Positions 1 through 8,662 of a stretch of DNA of 32,000 nt are shown here, in pieces (the first letter of the stretch is position 1; every line of letters starts with the position of its first letter). The notes under the pieces are model-generated. The model did not search any database. It worked only from the letters and a program-made list of their open reading frames with translations, and had not been told where the DNA came from. The DNA comes from Nitrosospira multiformis ATCC 25196 (GTDB lineage: Bacteria > Pseudomonadota > Gammaproteobacteria > Burkholderiales > Nitrosomonadaceae): the NCBI RefSeq assembly GCF_000196355.1, contig NC_007614.1, forward strand, positions 450,001-482,000, read 5' to 3'. The translations under genes were made by a program, and so were the position numbers.

Positions 1-1
1 C

Positions 2-463
2 GATTGTTCCGGGACCGGAGCGACTACCACCGAAATGATCTGGACCAATGGATTGACCCAGACCTACGCGGCGGAATTGCGGCCGGAGAGAGCAGGGCGC
101 GCGCGCCAGCTCGCACAGATGAACCTGGAGGTCTATTCACGCCTGACTACCCTGGCAGTACCTGCACTGGCAGGAAAATTGATGCCCCTCCCGGATGGAA
201 GTTACGAATCTCTGATAGACGATGCAGGACGTCGGAAGTCACTTTGGCACTGGCAGCTGCGGCGTTGGCAGGGAAAAGTCCTGTCCGTGCTGCGGCTGTC
301 AAAGGCGGCTTTTACCTTTCATGACAGCATTAGCTATGCGGCCTGGAAAATCGAGCGCCACACCGGTATTCGCGTCGAGGTGACTCCTATGCTACGGCGC
401 CATCCCCTGTTGTGGGGTTTCAAAGTTTCCTGGCGCCTGCTGCGGCGTGGCGTATTACGCTGA
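2..463 (+). CDS. Conserved protein of unknown function, C-terminal fragment (open to the left window edge)
   Basis: The frame is open from base 2 through the listed ORF 35..463. The ending 'WKIERHTGIRVEVTPMLRRHPLLWGFKVSWRLLRRGVLR' is basic and looks like real coding sequence. The true start lies upstream of the window. Confidence 0.55.
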   Translation, partial: DCSGTGATTTEMIWTNGLTQTYAAELRPERAGRARQLAQMNLEVYSRLTTLAVPALAGKLMPLPDGSYESLIDDAGRRKSLWHWQLRRWQGKVLSVLRLSKAAFTFHDSISYAAWKIERHTGIRVEVTPMLRRHPLLWGFKVSWRLLRRGVLR

Positions 464-562
464 CAGTGAAGCAATCACGAGCGGAATTCGACATCAAAAG
501 CCGGGATTGAGCGCGGCACACGATATAGCGTCCGGTATGCGTAAACAATTCTTCCAGGCGGA

Positions 563-1768
563 TCATGAGTACGCTTCCGCTTCAGCGGAGTCATGTCGTA
601 TGGTTTCTCTTGATCGGAGAATCAAGTCGCATACCTCGCGAACCGCGCCGTGGCCACCCGAATATTCACACATATAATGGGCCTGCCGCACGACCAGGGG
701 GACAGCATCCGCCGGGCAGAAGGCAACGCCTACGCGGCTCAGGCATTCCAGATCGCTGAGGTCATCACCCACATACCCGATATTTTCCAGAGGAACCCCC
801 CAGCGTTTGGAAAGCTTTAGGAGGAGAGGAAATTTATCGCTTATGCCCGGGTAGTATTCGTCGATGCGCAATTTTCTCATCCTTGCTTCAACGGAAGGAC
901 TAGTCTCGGTGGTGATTACGCAAACCCCGAGGCCATGTTCACGCAACCGTTGCAAACCATGGGCGTCGCGAGTATTGAATTTTTTCAAGGCTTCGCCGGC
1001 GGGGCCGTAATACATTCCCGCATCCGTCAACGTTCCGTCCACATCGAGTACCAGAAACTTGATTCGTGACGCGCGGGCTTGGACCGACCCCCGTTCCTGC
1101 TCCCGTAAAAGACGCTCCACGATGTTCCAGCCAGCCTCTCCGGTGATCTCGATCGCAGTTTCGGGCGCCATCTCGTGAATACCCATGCGTCCACCCAGAT
1201 AATGATCGTTGTCTCGAAGTAATTTTTCATGTGTCAGATAGAAGGCGCCATTTTCCAGCAGGTATCCCTCCGGATTCGATGCATCGCATGACGCACGGGA
1301 TTTTAGCGGGTCATGACCGACGGGTTCTCCCATCCTTGTCCACAGAAACCGTCTGGACGGCGCAGCTGTCAGAAGCGAGTCAAGATTTTCCGAAAGAAAT
1401 TTGCGCTTAGCGGCACGAAAATCTTCAGCACGCGTGAGGGGCGAGGCTGCCTGTATTGAACAGACGACGTCGAAGGGGATCTTCTGCTGAAACGTGTGTA
1501 GGAGACTGGTCCAATTCTCTACGCCCGTACGGGTTGCGCCACTGCAATCGAGAATCTCGATTATCGTGTCGGCTCGCGAAAATTCTTCCACTATCCGTTT
1601 TCGAATGACAGGCGGGTCGGCAGTTACGTAAATGGTGTCGAAACATCCCGATATGACGGCCTGCTCCAAGCTCCAGGAAAATAATGGCCTTCCCGCCATG
1701 CTGCGTGCGCTGCTTCGGGAAACCGGCCCGAAATTTCCATGCAAAGGCGCGAAAGCTACCCAGCGCAT
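563..1768 (-). CDS. CMP-nonulosonate (acylneuraminate) cytidylyltransferase fused to a C-terminal KdsC-like HAD phosphatase
   Basis: N-terminal NeuA-like features (GRPLFSW, 'VVCSIQAASPLTRAEDF', 'GAFYLT'). C-terminal 'FLVLDVDGTLTDAGMYYG', 'VITTETS', 'GYVGDDLSDLECLSRVGVAFCPADA' match HAD motifs I, II and IV. The start overlaps the upstream gene's stop (ATGA). Confidence 0.88.
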   Translation of the reverse strand: MRWVAFAPLHGNFGPVSRSSARSMAGRPLFSWSLEQAVISGCFDTIYVTADPPVIRKRIVEEFSRADTIIEILDCSGATRTGVENWTSLLHTFQQKIPFDVVCSIQAASPLTRAEDFRAAKRKFLSENLDSLLTAAPSRRFLWTRMGEPVGHDPLKSRASCDASNPEGYLLENGAFYLTHEKLLRDNDHYLGGRMGIHEMAPETAIEITGEAGWNIVERLLREQERGSVQARASRIKFLVLDVDGTLTDAGMYYGPAGEALKKFNTRDAHGLQRLREHGLGVCVITTETSPSVEARMRKLRIDEYYPGISDKFPLLLKLSKRWGVPLENIGYVGDDLSDLECLSRVGVAFCPADAVPLVVRQAHYMCEYSGGHGAVREVCDLILRSRETIRHDSAEAEAYS

Positions 1769-2646
1769 CAGTTAAAGTGAACCCCTTGTACGCGCTTGAG
1801 TTTGTCGCGTTGTGCAAGCTCGATTTCCGTCATGTCTCCCTCCTTGAACTTCAGGGTCTTGCAGACATTGCGAACATCACGGACCAGCCTGCGCAATCCG
1901 TCGGGCTCCAGCGAAGCGGCATGATCGGTTCCCTTCCAGGTCCGGTCCAGCGTGAAATGACGTTCGATCCAGGATGCCCCCAGGACCACAGTCGCAATGT
2001 CGATGGCAATACCCAGGTGGTGGCCGGAAAATCCAACCTCCTTGACGCGCGAGCCGAACCTGTCCCTCAGTGACTGGATTTCCAGCAGACAGACTTGGTC
2101 GAACGGAACTGGATATCCGGATGTACATGCGTAGAGGACGACTCGACCAGCAGCACCGTGGCGTTCCATCCATTGCACGACCTGCTCCTGTTCGGCGGGA
2201 GTGGTCATGCCGACGGATATGTGAATATCCCCGGCGTAATCGGTGGCAAGATATGCCAGCATGGGGAAATTGAGGTTGCACGCCGAAGGTATCTTGATGA
2301 ACTCTGGGTTGAGGCGGGCAATCTCCTTTGCCGAAGTCAGATCCCAGACCGACGTCGAATAACCGATCCCAAACTCTTGGCACCATTGCTGCAATTGGCG
2401 GTGCTGATCCACATCAAACTCGAGGAATTCACGATGAGCGCCGTAGCTGTCGCCATAACTGTTTTGAGGATTTGGATGGTGCGCGTTATATTCCTCGGGC
2501 GTCAATAATTCCCTGTTCGAACGCTTTTGAAATTTCACGAAATCGCATTTGGCGAATGTCGCGGCGATTCCGATCATCTCTCTTGCAATTTCGATATCCC
2601 CTTTATGATTACAGCCGATTTCAGCAATGACTCGTGGTGTCTTCAT
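1768..2646 (-). CDS. neuB: N-acetylneuraminate/nonulosonate synthase family protein (NeuB-like), lacking the C-terminal SAF domain
   Basis: 'VIAEIGCNHKGDIEIAREMI', 'DFVKFQKR', 'IKIPSACNLNFPML', 'SVGMTT', 'GFSGHHLGIAIDIATVVLGASWIERHFTLDRTWKGTDHAASLEPDGLRRLVRD'. Only 292 aa long, ending soon after the barrel. Confidence 0.88.
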   Translation of the reverse strand: MKTPRVIAEIGCNHKGDIEIAREMIGIAATFAKCDFVKFQKRSNRELLTPEEYNAHHPNPQNSYGDSYGAHREFLEFDVDQHRQLQQWCQEFGIGYSTSVWDLTSAKEIARLNPEFIKIPSACNLNFPMLAYLATDYAGDIHISVGMTTPAEQEQVVQWMERHGAAGRVVLYACTSGYPVPFDQVCLLEIQSLRDRFGSRVKEVGFSGHHLGIAIDIATVVLGASWIERHFTLDRTWKGTDHAASLEPDGLRRLVRDVRNVCKTLKFKEGDMTEIELAQRDKLKRVQGVHFN

Positions 2647-2772
2647 AAAAATGCGATCAAACCCCTGAATAAAAGAAAATGAATATGACTCCAGCCCACC
2701 GTTTGCGAACCCTCCACTATAGCAAAGCTTTCTGAAAAGGAAGATCTGGAATCATTTTGGACTCTATGGCTG

Positions 2773-4206
2773 CTACCCATTGATCCTGAACAGATGCTTG
2801 GAGTGCTGTTTGACCCGGATGGCACCGAACCGATTCAATAAGCGGCCAAATCGCGCAATTTTCTGCTCGATCTGCGCGACCGAAATCTCGGGAAACCGAT
2901 GGTCATGGTAGGATAACCGGTTGGGTCCGGGCCGACGCATGTTCAGGCTGGTTAATGCGGTTTTCAGGTTGGTAAGTGCCCATCCGCCGATGTACGTCCC
3001 GGCAGGACTCGCCGGCGGCTGGGTCCTGCCATAGCCGCTGTCTTCCAGAACATCGACGATGCGTTCGCACGCCAGGCGACCATTTTGCGCCGCCAGGTAA
3101 TAATCGATGAGTGTCCTGCGCTCCTCGCCCCCCGCAACGCCCAGTTCGCCATGCAGGATCCGGGATAGAGTATCCTCCAATTCATCGAAATTAAACGACT
3201 GATAACTGAGTTTGGTGGGCAGGCCCTGAAAATCATAGTCGTAGTATTCATTGAAGGTGGCTAGGTAGGAGATGGCCGGCACCCCCAAGGCATAGGCTTC
3301 CAGCCCGGTCGTGCAGCCGTTGTGCACCATCGTTTTTGAAGCCAGAAGCCAGGGAATAACATTTCCTTCATTGGTGACCTTCACACGCCGGCATTGGGCG
3401 GCGATATCGTCGTACACTTGGAAATTTTCGCTCGGATGCGGTCGTACGACGATCGTGACATCCGGGAATGCCCGTTCCAGTGCCGGAATGAGCTGCTTGA
3501 AATCCTCCAGTATGGCTTGCTTGTGATGCCACAGCCCCTCAGCGAATTCATTGCTCATGCCTATTCCGGCTTGTCCGCGCCGAGATTTTTTTCCACCATC
3601 CTTCGGGGGAATGAACAGTCCAATGCTCGGGATGAAGGGATTGACGTCGGTGAAATTGGTATTGACGAGGATGAAATCACCGTAAAGGCCGCGTAGTCTT
3701 TCCACCTCTGCTGCAAAGTAGGCACGCATTTCGGGTCTCAGAATGTCTCCTCGCGGATTACCGGTGACGTGGATAGGCATGCCTGCCGGAAGCTGTGGAT
3801 ATTGCTGAAGCAGATCGACATTTTCCTGCCCCCAGGCAAAAATATGAGAGACTTTCCTGATCGTGATGGGAGACAGCCGCAGTGTGAAATATGTGTCGGC
3901 CGGTGGGTGAACCAGCGCCTCTTCTTCCCATGCGACAATCTCGTGCCCGAGCATGCGGAGAATCCGGAACATCGAATTGCTCAGGCTGCGCATGCTTTTC
4001 GCTAGGTATACTCCACGTGGAAGTGACGCAACCTCGAAATGAATGAAGGCCCGAGAACCAATGACAACCGGAAAACCACGTTCCGCTGCCACGCAAGACA
4101 AGAGGAGTTTCGCATCCAGTTCGCGAACTTGATTTTCAACGGGAATGATGAGGGTTGACGCAGATGTTGCCATGTTTTCCAAGCTTCGGGTTAGCAAATC
4201 CAGCAA
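2773..4206 (-). CDS. Surface carbohydrate biosynthesis protein (GT-B-like; start could be the internal Met at about 4173)
   Basis: 477 aa with 'TLIIPVENQVRELDAKLLLSCVAAERGFPVVIG', 'HIFAWGQENVDLL', 'VVRPHPSE', 'LLASKTMVHNGCTTGLEAYALGVPAISY', typical of the surface-carbohydrate biosynthesis family. Confidence 0.75.
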   Translation of the reverse strand: MLDLLTRSLENMATSASTLIIPVENQVRELDAKLLLSCVAAERGFPVVIGSRAFIHFEVASLPRGVYLAKSMRSLSNSMFRILRMLGHEIVAWEEEALVHPPADTYFTLRLSPITIRKVSHIFAWGQENVDLLQQYPQLPAGMPIHVTGNPRGDILRPEMRAYFAAEVERLRGLYGDFILVNTNFTDVNPFIPSIGLFIPPKDGGKKSRRGQAGIGMSNEFAEGLWHHKQAILEDFKQLIPALERAFPDVTIVVRPHPSENFQVYDDIAAQCRRVKVTNEGNVIPWLLASKTMVHNGCTTGLEAYALGVPAISYLATFNEYYDYDFQGLPTKLSYQSFNFDELEDTLSRILHGELGVAGGEERRTLIDYYLAAQNGRLACERIVDVLEDSGYGRTQPPASPAGTYIGGWALTNLKTALTSLNMRRPGPNRLSYHDHRFPEISVAQIEQKIARFGRLLNRFGAIRVKQHSKHLFRING

Positions 4207-4821
4207 CTCATTATCGCATTATCAGTCGAAGTAATCATTCACAACCGCTAACGAAGCAAGTTGGAGCATTCCGACGCGAAGACTACCCTGAACGGGTCCC
4301 GCGACTGAGGGCTTTCGGAGATCGGGAACACAAGGGATAGGGGTATAAGGGATACAAGAATATGGGTCATGATTATGACATAGGGCACGGGGAGACGTCC
4401 GGGGGGCAGTCGGGGAATCGAATTTACTCTCAAGCGATCCGAAGACAAACGGGGGTAATTATATCCAGTTCTACATTGGTTTAGGACTCACTGTCTGGAG
4501 AACCACTCGGGTATGGCATAGAGCACGGGTTTGTAAGTTCACGCTGCTTGACAATGACTTATCCCCAGCGCATCATTCGGGCACGCAAACTAGGCCACAA
4601 ATCAGCGGGGTCATCAAGCCTGCCGAATGAAGCAGCGCAGACTCCTGGCAGCTTGTGGACTTGAGGGAAATCGGCTGCAAAAGGATCTGGTTGGTCCATA
4701 TTTTGCCGCTCTTTTGATCAATAGAAATAGAACGACTATTGACCTGCAAAATCGTCAATTCTGTCCTCACTCAGCCAATTTTTTGCTTCGATTCTTCAAG
4801 TCCGACAGAGACTGCTGGCCG

Positions 4822-5538
4822 ATGTTGATTTATTCGCTCATTCCCGCGAGGGGAGGATCAAAAGCCGTACCCCATAAAAATATCCGGCCTTTGCGGGGAA
4901 AACCCCTGATCGCCCATTCGATTGAAGTCTCCCTCAAGTGTCCTTCCATTCGAAGGACTTTTGTCAGCACCGACTCGGAAGCCATTGCCGGGCTCGCGAG
5001 AAACGCCGGCGCCGAGGTACCCTTTCTGAGGCCTGCTGAGTTCGCGCAGGACGATACCCGGGATCTGCCGGTATTTCGGCATTTTCTCGAATGGCTGGAA
5101 CAAAACCGGGTTCCGCTTCCCGACGCCATTTTCCAATTCCGTCCGACTTCCCCCTTGCGCAGCGTTTCAAAAATAGAAGAAGCGGTTGAGCTCCTGGAAA
5201 AAAATCCCGAAGCCGATTCGGTTCGCGGGGTCACGGAGCCGGGACAGAATCCCTACAAGATGTGGACTATCGGAGCGGATGGTTTCATGCGAGCCCTATT
5301 GAACGTCCCGGGCATTCCCGAGCCCTTCAACGAGCCGAGGCAAAGCTTGCCCAAGGTCTACTGGCAAATCGGTTATTTGGATCTGATCCGTACCCGGACC
5401 ATTCTGGAAAAAAATTCGCTCACGGGCACACACATCTTGCCGCTCAAGATCGACAGCAGGGACTCGATCGATATCGATGACGAATTCTCGTTTCAACTGG
5501 CCGAGTTTCTGATGGAAAGACAGGGAAGCGTCATTTGA
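4822..5538 (+). CDS. CMP-sialate-type cytidylyltransferase (CMP-N-acetylneuraminate/legionaminate/pseudaminate synthetase-like)
   Basis: From the internal ATG: 'MLIYSLIPARGGSKAVPHKNIRPLRGKPLIAHSIEVSL', 'IFQFRPTSPLRS', 'PYKMWTI', 'SIDIDDEFSFQLAEFLM'. The extra N-terminus in the ORF track (4627..4821) shows no family similarity. Confidence 0.9.
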   Translation: MLIYSLIPARGGSKAVPHKNIRPLRGKPLIAHSIEVSLKCPSIRRTFVSTDSEAIAGLARNAGAEVPFLRPAEFAQDDTRDLPVFRHFLEWLEQNRVPLPDAIFQFRPTSPLRSVSKIEEAVELLEKNPEADSVRGVTEPGQNPYKMWTIGADGFMRALLNVPGIPEPFNEPRQSLPKVYWQIGYLDLIRTRTILEKNSLTGTHILPLKIDSRDSIDIDDEFSFQLAEFLMERQGSVI

Positions 5539-6521
5539 AGGCTCTGGTAGTTGGCCTTGGGTCCATTGGCGTGAGGCATCTCAACAACCTGCATGCACTC
5601 GAGGTTCGCGAACTCGGCGTGGTGCGAAGCCGGAATTTCCCACCTCCTACAGAAATCGTCCCCAAAGACATTGCCGTCTTTCAGGATATCGATCTCGCGC
5701 TCAGCCGGAAATTCGACCTTGTGGTCGTGGCCAACCCTACCTCTCTGCATCTGGAAACACTCATCAAAGCTCTCCGGGCCGGGTCCCATGTTTATGTCGA
5801 AAAGCCAGTCGCCCATGAAAAACGGCGGTTGTCCGAGCTTACGCGTTACGTTTCCCTAGATGGGCCCCGGGTTCTGGTGGGGTGCCAGTTCCGCATGCAT
5901 CCGGGGTTACGGAAAATCGAAGGGTGGATCAGGCAGGGTAAGCTCGGGAAGATTCATTCGGTGCAGGTCGACCTAGGCGAATACCTGCCTGGCTGGCATC
6001 CTTGGGAAGATTACCGGCAGAGCTATGCGGCCCGGGCGGATCAGGGCGGAGGCGTCGTGCTGACGCTTATCCACGAGCTGGATTATCTGCACTGGCTTTT
6101 TGGAAAACCCAAGAGTGTGTTTGCTATCGGAGGTCATCGAACGTCTCTCGACATTACGGCGGAAGATACTGCACTCATTACGTTCGAAACCGAGCAGGAC
6201 ATCTGCGTTCAGCTCCGGATGGATTACTGGCGCAAACCGCCTGTTCGCCACATGAACATTGTTGCGGAAAATGCCATCGTCGACTGGGATTATCCTACTC
6301 GCCTCACTACTCTGAGGCAAAACGGACAAGTCCTGGATGAGATGGTACTGGTTCCGTCCTGGGACCGGAATGAGCTGTTTCTCTCCATGATGAAAGAGTT
6401 CATTGAGGGTATTCCCCGGGGATCAATCCCGCGCGTGACTTTACGAGACGGCATCGAGGTGTTGAAAACCGCCTTAGCGGTTAAAAAATCTCTTCAAACC
6501 CATCGGAAGGTTGCGCTATGA
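5535..6521 (+). CDS. Gfo/Idh/MocA-family oxidoreductase
   Basis: 'MKALVVGLGSIGVRHLNNL', 'YVEKPVAHEKRRLSELT', 'VGCQFRMHPGLRKI', 'DQGGGVVLTLIHELDYLHWLFG'. TTG start overlaps the upstream TGA; the end overlaps the next ATG (ATGA). Confidence 0.88.
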   Translation: MKALVVGLGSIGVRHLNNLHALEVRELGVVRSRNFPPPTEIVPKDIAVFQDIDLALSRKFDLVVVANPTSLHLETLIKALRAGSHVYVEKPVAHEKRRLSELTRYVSLDGPRVLVGCQFRMHPGLRKIEGWIRQGKLGKIHSVQVDLGEYLPGWHPWEDYRQSYAARADQGGGVVLTLIHELDYLHWLFGKPKSVFAIGGHRTSLDITAEDTALITFETEQDICVQLRMDYWRKPPVRHMNIVAENAIVDWDYPTRLTTLRQNGQVLDEMVLVPSWDRNELFLSMMKEFIEGIPRGSIPRVTLRDGIEVLKTALAVKKSLQTHRKVAL

Positions 6522-7354
6522 ATCAAGCCTATAAAGGAACACCCTTCGACCTCTCTGGACGGGTGGTGCTCATTAGCGGCGCTACCGGACTTCTCGGCAC
6601 GGAATTCGCCCTCGCAGCCGCGTCGGCCGGTGCGAATCTGGTATTGGGGGATCTGGACGGGGGCAGGCTGGAATTACTGAAAAGTGAGATAGCATCGGCG
6701 TATCCCGACACGCAAAGCTGGGCTCAGGTGTTGGATGTTACCCGCGCGGATTCCTGTCGGTCTATAGCGCAGTCATGCGAAACCCGGTTCGGTCGCATCA
6801 ATGCCGTGGTCCACAGTGCCGCGATCGACCCGAAATTCGAGCAAGGTTCCGATACGTCGCATTTTTCAAAATTCACCGAGTTTCCGGGAGAGCTCTGGCA
6901 ATCCTCTCTTGATGTCAATTTAACCGGCGCTTTCCATCTCGCTCAGGCCACCTGCAGGGTGATGGAAAAAACGGGCAAGGGATCCATTGTTTTTCTGGGC
7001 TCAAATTACGGGCTCGTGGGTCCGGATCAGCGCATCTACAAAAAGGCAGGGCAGGAGGAACAGACCTATAAACCTGCGGTGTATTCAGTGTGCAAGGCGG
7101 GTCTGCTGGGATTGACAAAATTTCTGGCTGCCTACTATATGAACACATCCATCCGTGTAAATATGCTCACGCCCAGCGGCGTCTGGAATCAGCATGGCTC
7201 CGAATTTGTCGATAATTATTCGTCGCGAACCATACTGGGGCGCATGTCGGAAAAAAATGAATACCGGGGAGCGATCATTTTTCTGGTCTCGGATGCATCC
7301 AGTTATATGACGGGCGCAAATCTGGTCATCGATGGGGGATGGACAGCATTATGA
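6518..7354 (+). CDS. Short-chain dehydrogenase/reductase (SDR), PtmA-like by context
   Basis: 'GRVVLISGATGLLGTEFALAAASAGANLVLGD', 'AVVHSAAIDPK', 'GSIVFLGSNYGLVGPD', 'YSVCKAGLLGLTKFLA', 'GANLVIDGGWTAL'. Confidence 0.88.
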   Translation: MNQAYKGTPFDLSGRVVLISGATGLLGTEFALAAASAGANLVLGDLDGGRLELLKSEIASAYPDTQSWAQVLDVTRADSCRSIAQSCETRFGRINAVVHSAAIDPKFEQGSDTSHFSKFTEFPGELWQSSLDVNLTGAFHLAQATCRVMEKTGKGSIVFLGSNYGLVGPDQRIYKKAGQEEQTYKPAVYSVCKAGLLGLTKFLAAYYMNTSIRVNMLTPSGVWNQHGSEFVDNYSSRTILGRMSEKNEYRGAIIFLVSDASSYMTGANLVIDGGWTAL

Positions 7355-7509
7355 TTCCTCATCACCCCTGTGTCTGAAACTGCTCCCGGAGCAATTCACA
7401 GAATTTACCGGATCACGGATTCTCAGGACCCTGCAAGCAGAATGGAAGTTTATACTGCGGCAGGAATATGTCGGTTCATGAGAATTCCTTGCATTTTTTC
7501 CTCCTCGCG

Positions 7510-8619
7510 TCAGCATTTTTCATTTTCCAATACCTCCCAGCAGTGTGCGAGAACCTGAAAAATCAGGGGGTTGCTGGAAATAGCGGCAATTTCATGGTTC
7601 AGCCAGAACGAGGGTTTGGTCCAGTTGAAGCTCCCAAAAATCGACCAAGCGTGATCGCCATCCTCCACCAGCACGAATTTAAGGTGCATGGGAAGCCGCT
7701 CGGGATTCCGGATACGCCTGAACCGGATTCCGGCGGAAGCCAGCCGTCGTTCCACTTTAGGCGTGACGCGTCTATGCGTCGACTCCGCGAATATTTCCAG
7801 TGTAGTGCCCCGCCTGGCAAGCCCTGCCATAACGTCAACCGCACTTTCCGTCCTGATATGTGATGCGACGACACGTATACGGGCACCGCTGTTGACCCGG
7901 CTCAGGAACTGCACGACGGGATGTGGACTGACCCGAGGCCAGAAATGAATTGTGGTATCCGCGCCATGGATGATGCGGCTTGCATGGGTCGAGAACCGAT
8001 AGAAGAGGCCCGGCGGCGACCGGTGAATCTGCCTTGCATGATTCACCAGTCCCTCGACCAGTACCGGATCGTTGAGTCCAACCAACGCATTGTAGCCACG
8101 GTCCTGATCACCGATTTCCCGAATGAGCTCGGGATCGTCTTCCGGCATATTGCCCGAGGGATTGAAGGATCCAATAAAGGCAACGGGTTCTGGATGTGAA
8201 AAACAGTAGAGTTTCTCGTGTAACTGGGGCTTCCACGATTTTGTCGCGGGTGACGGTACGCCGGGGATGGCTATGATGCGAAATGCATCGCCCAGTCCTC
8301 CGGGTCCCGAGAGCATTTTGATCACCGCATCATTGGCGTGAGGAATGCGCGGCCTGCCTTCCAGGCTCAGGGTGACCTGGACGCCCCGCTTGCGCGCCTG
8401 AATCAGCGCTTCCGCCAGACGGAGGTCACGAAAATAATAGGTTACCCAGTCAATGGATCCCCCGGAGGGAACAGCTGTGATGTGTGCGGCCAGAACGTCG
8501 CGCAGATGACCCGGAGCCTGATGGGGACCGCCAAAGTAAATCTCGACCGGAACGGTCTCCATTTCGCTTAGCAAGCCTGAAGAGGGCGGTCTGGGGGAAT
8601 GTGCAAGCGACTTGCTCAA
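7510..8619 (-). CDS. Phospholipase D-like domain protein with degenerate HKD motifs
   Basis: Two half-motifs: 'LHEKLYCFSHPEPVAFIGSFN' and 'MHLKFVLVEDGDHAWSIFGSFN'. His, Lys and GSxN are kept in both, but the canonical Asp is not at the expected place. Confidence 0.75.
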   Translation of the reverse strand: MSKSLAHSPRPPSSGLLSEMETVPVEIYFGGPHQAPGHLRDVLAAHITAVPSGGSIDWVTYYFRDLRLAEALIQARKRGVQVTLSLEGRPRIPHANDAVIKMLSGPGGLGDAFRIIAIPGVPSPATKSWKPQLHEKLYCFSHPEPVAFIGSFNPSGNMPEDDPELIREIGDQDRGYNALVGLNDPVLVEGLVNHARQIHRSPPGLFYRFSTHASRIIHGADTTIHFWPRVSPHPVVQFLSRVNSGARIRVVASHIRTESAVDVMAGLARRGTTLEIFAESTHRRVTPKVERRLASAGIRFRRIRNPERLPMHLKFVLVEDGDHAWSIFGSFNWTKPSFWLNHEIAAISSNPLIFQVLAHCWEVLENEKC

Positions 8620-8662
8620 TTAAGGGATGATCCTGAGGGTGTGATTCTGGTATTCGATGTTT

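Noticed and set aside
4627-4821. N-terminal 65-codon extension of the 4627..5538 ORF
   Set aside because: The translated sequence before MLIYSLIPARGGSK has no family similarity. The conserved cytidylyltransferase motif begins directly at the internal ATG at 4822, so this is most likely non-coding leader.
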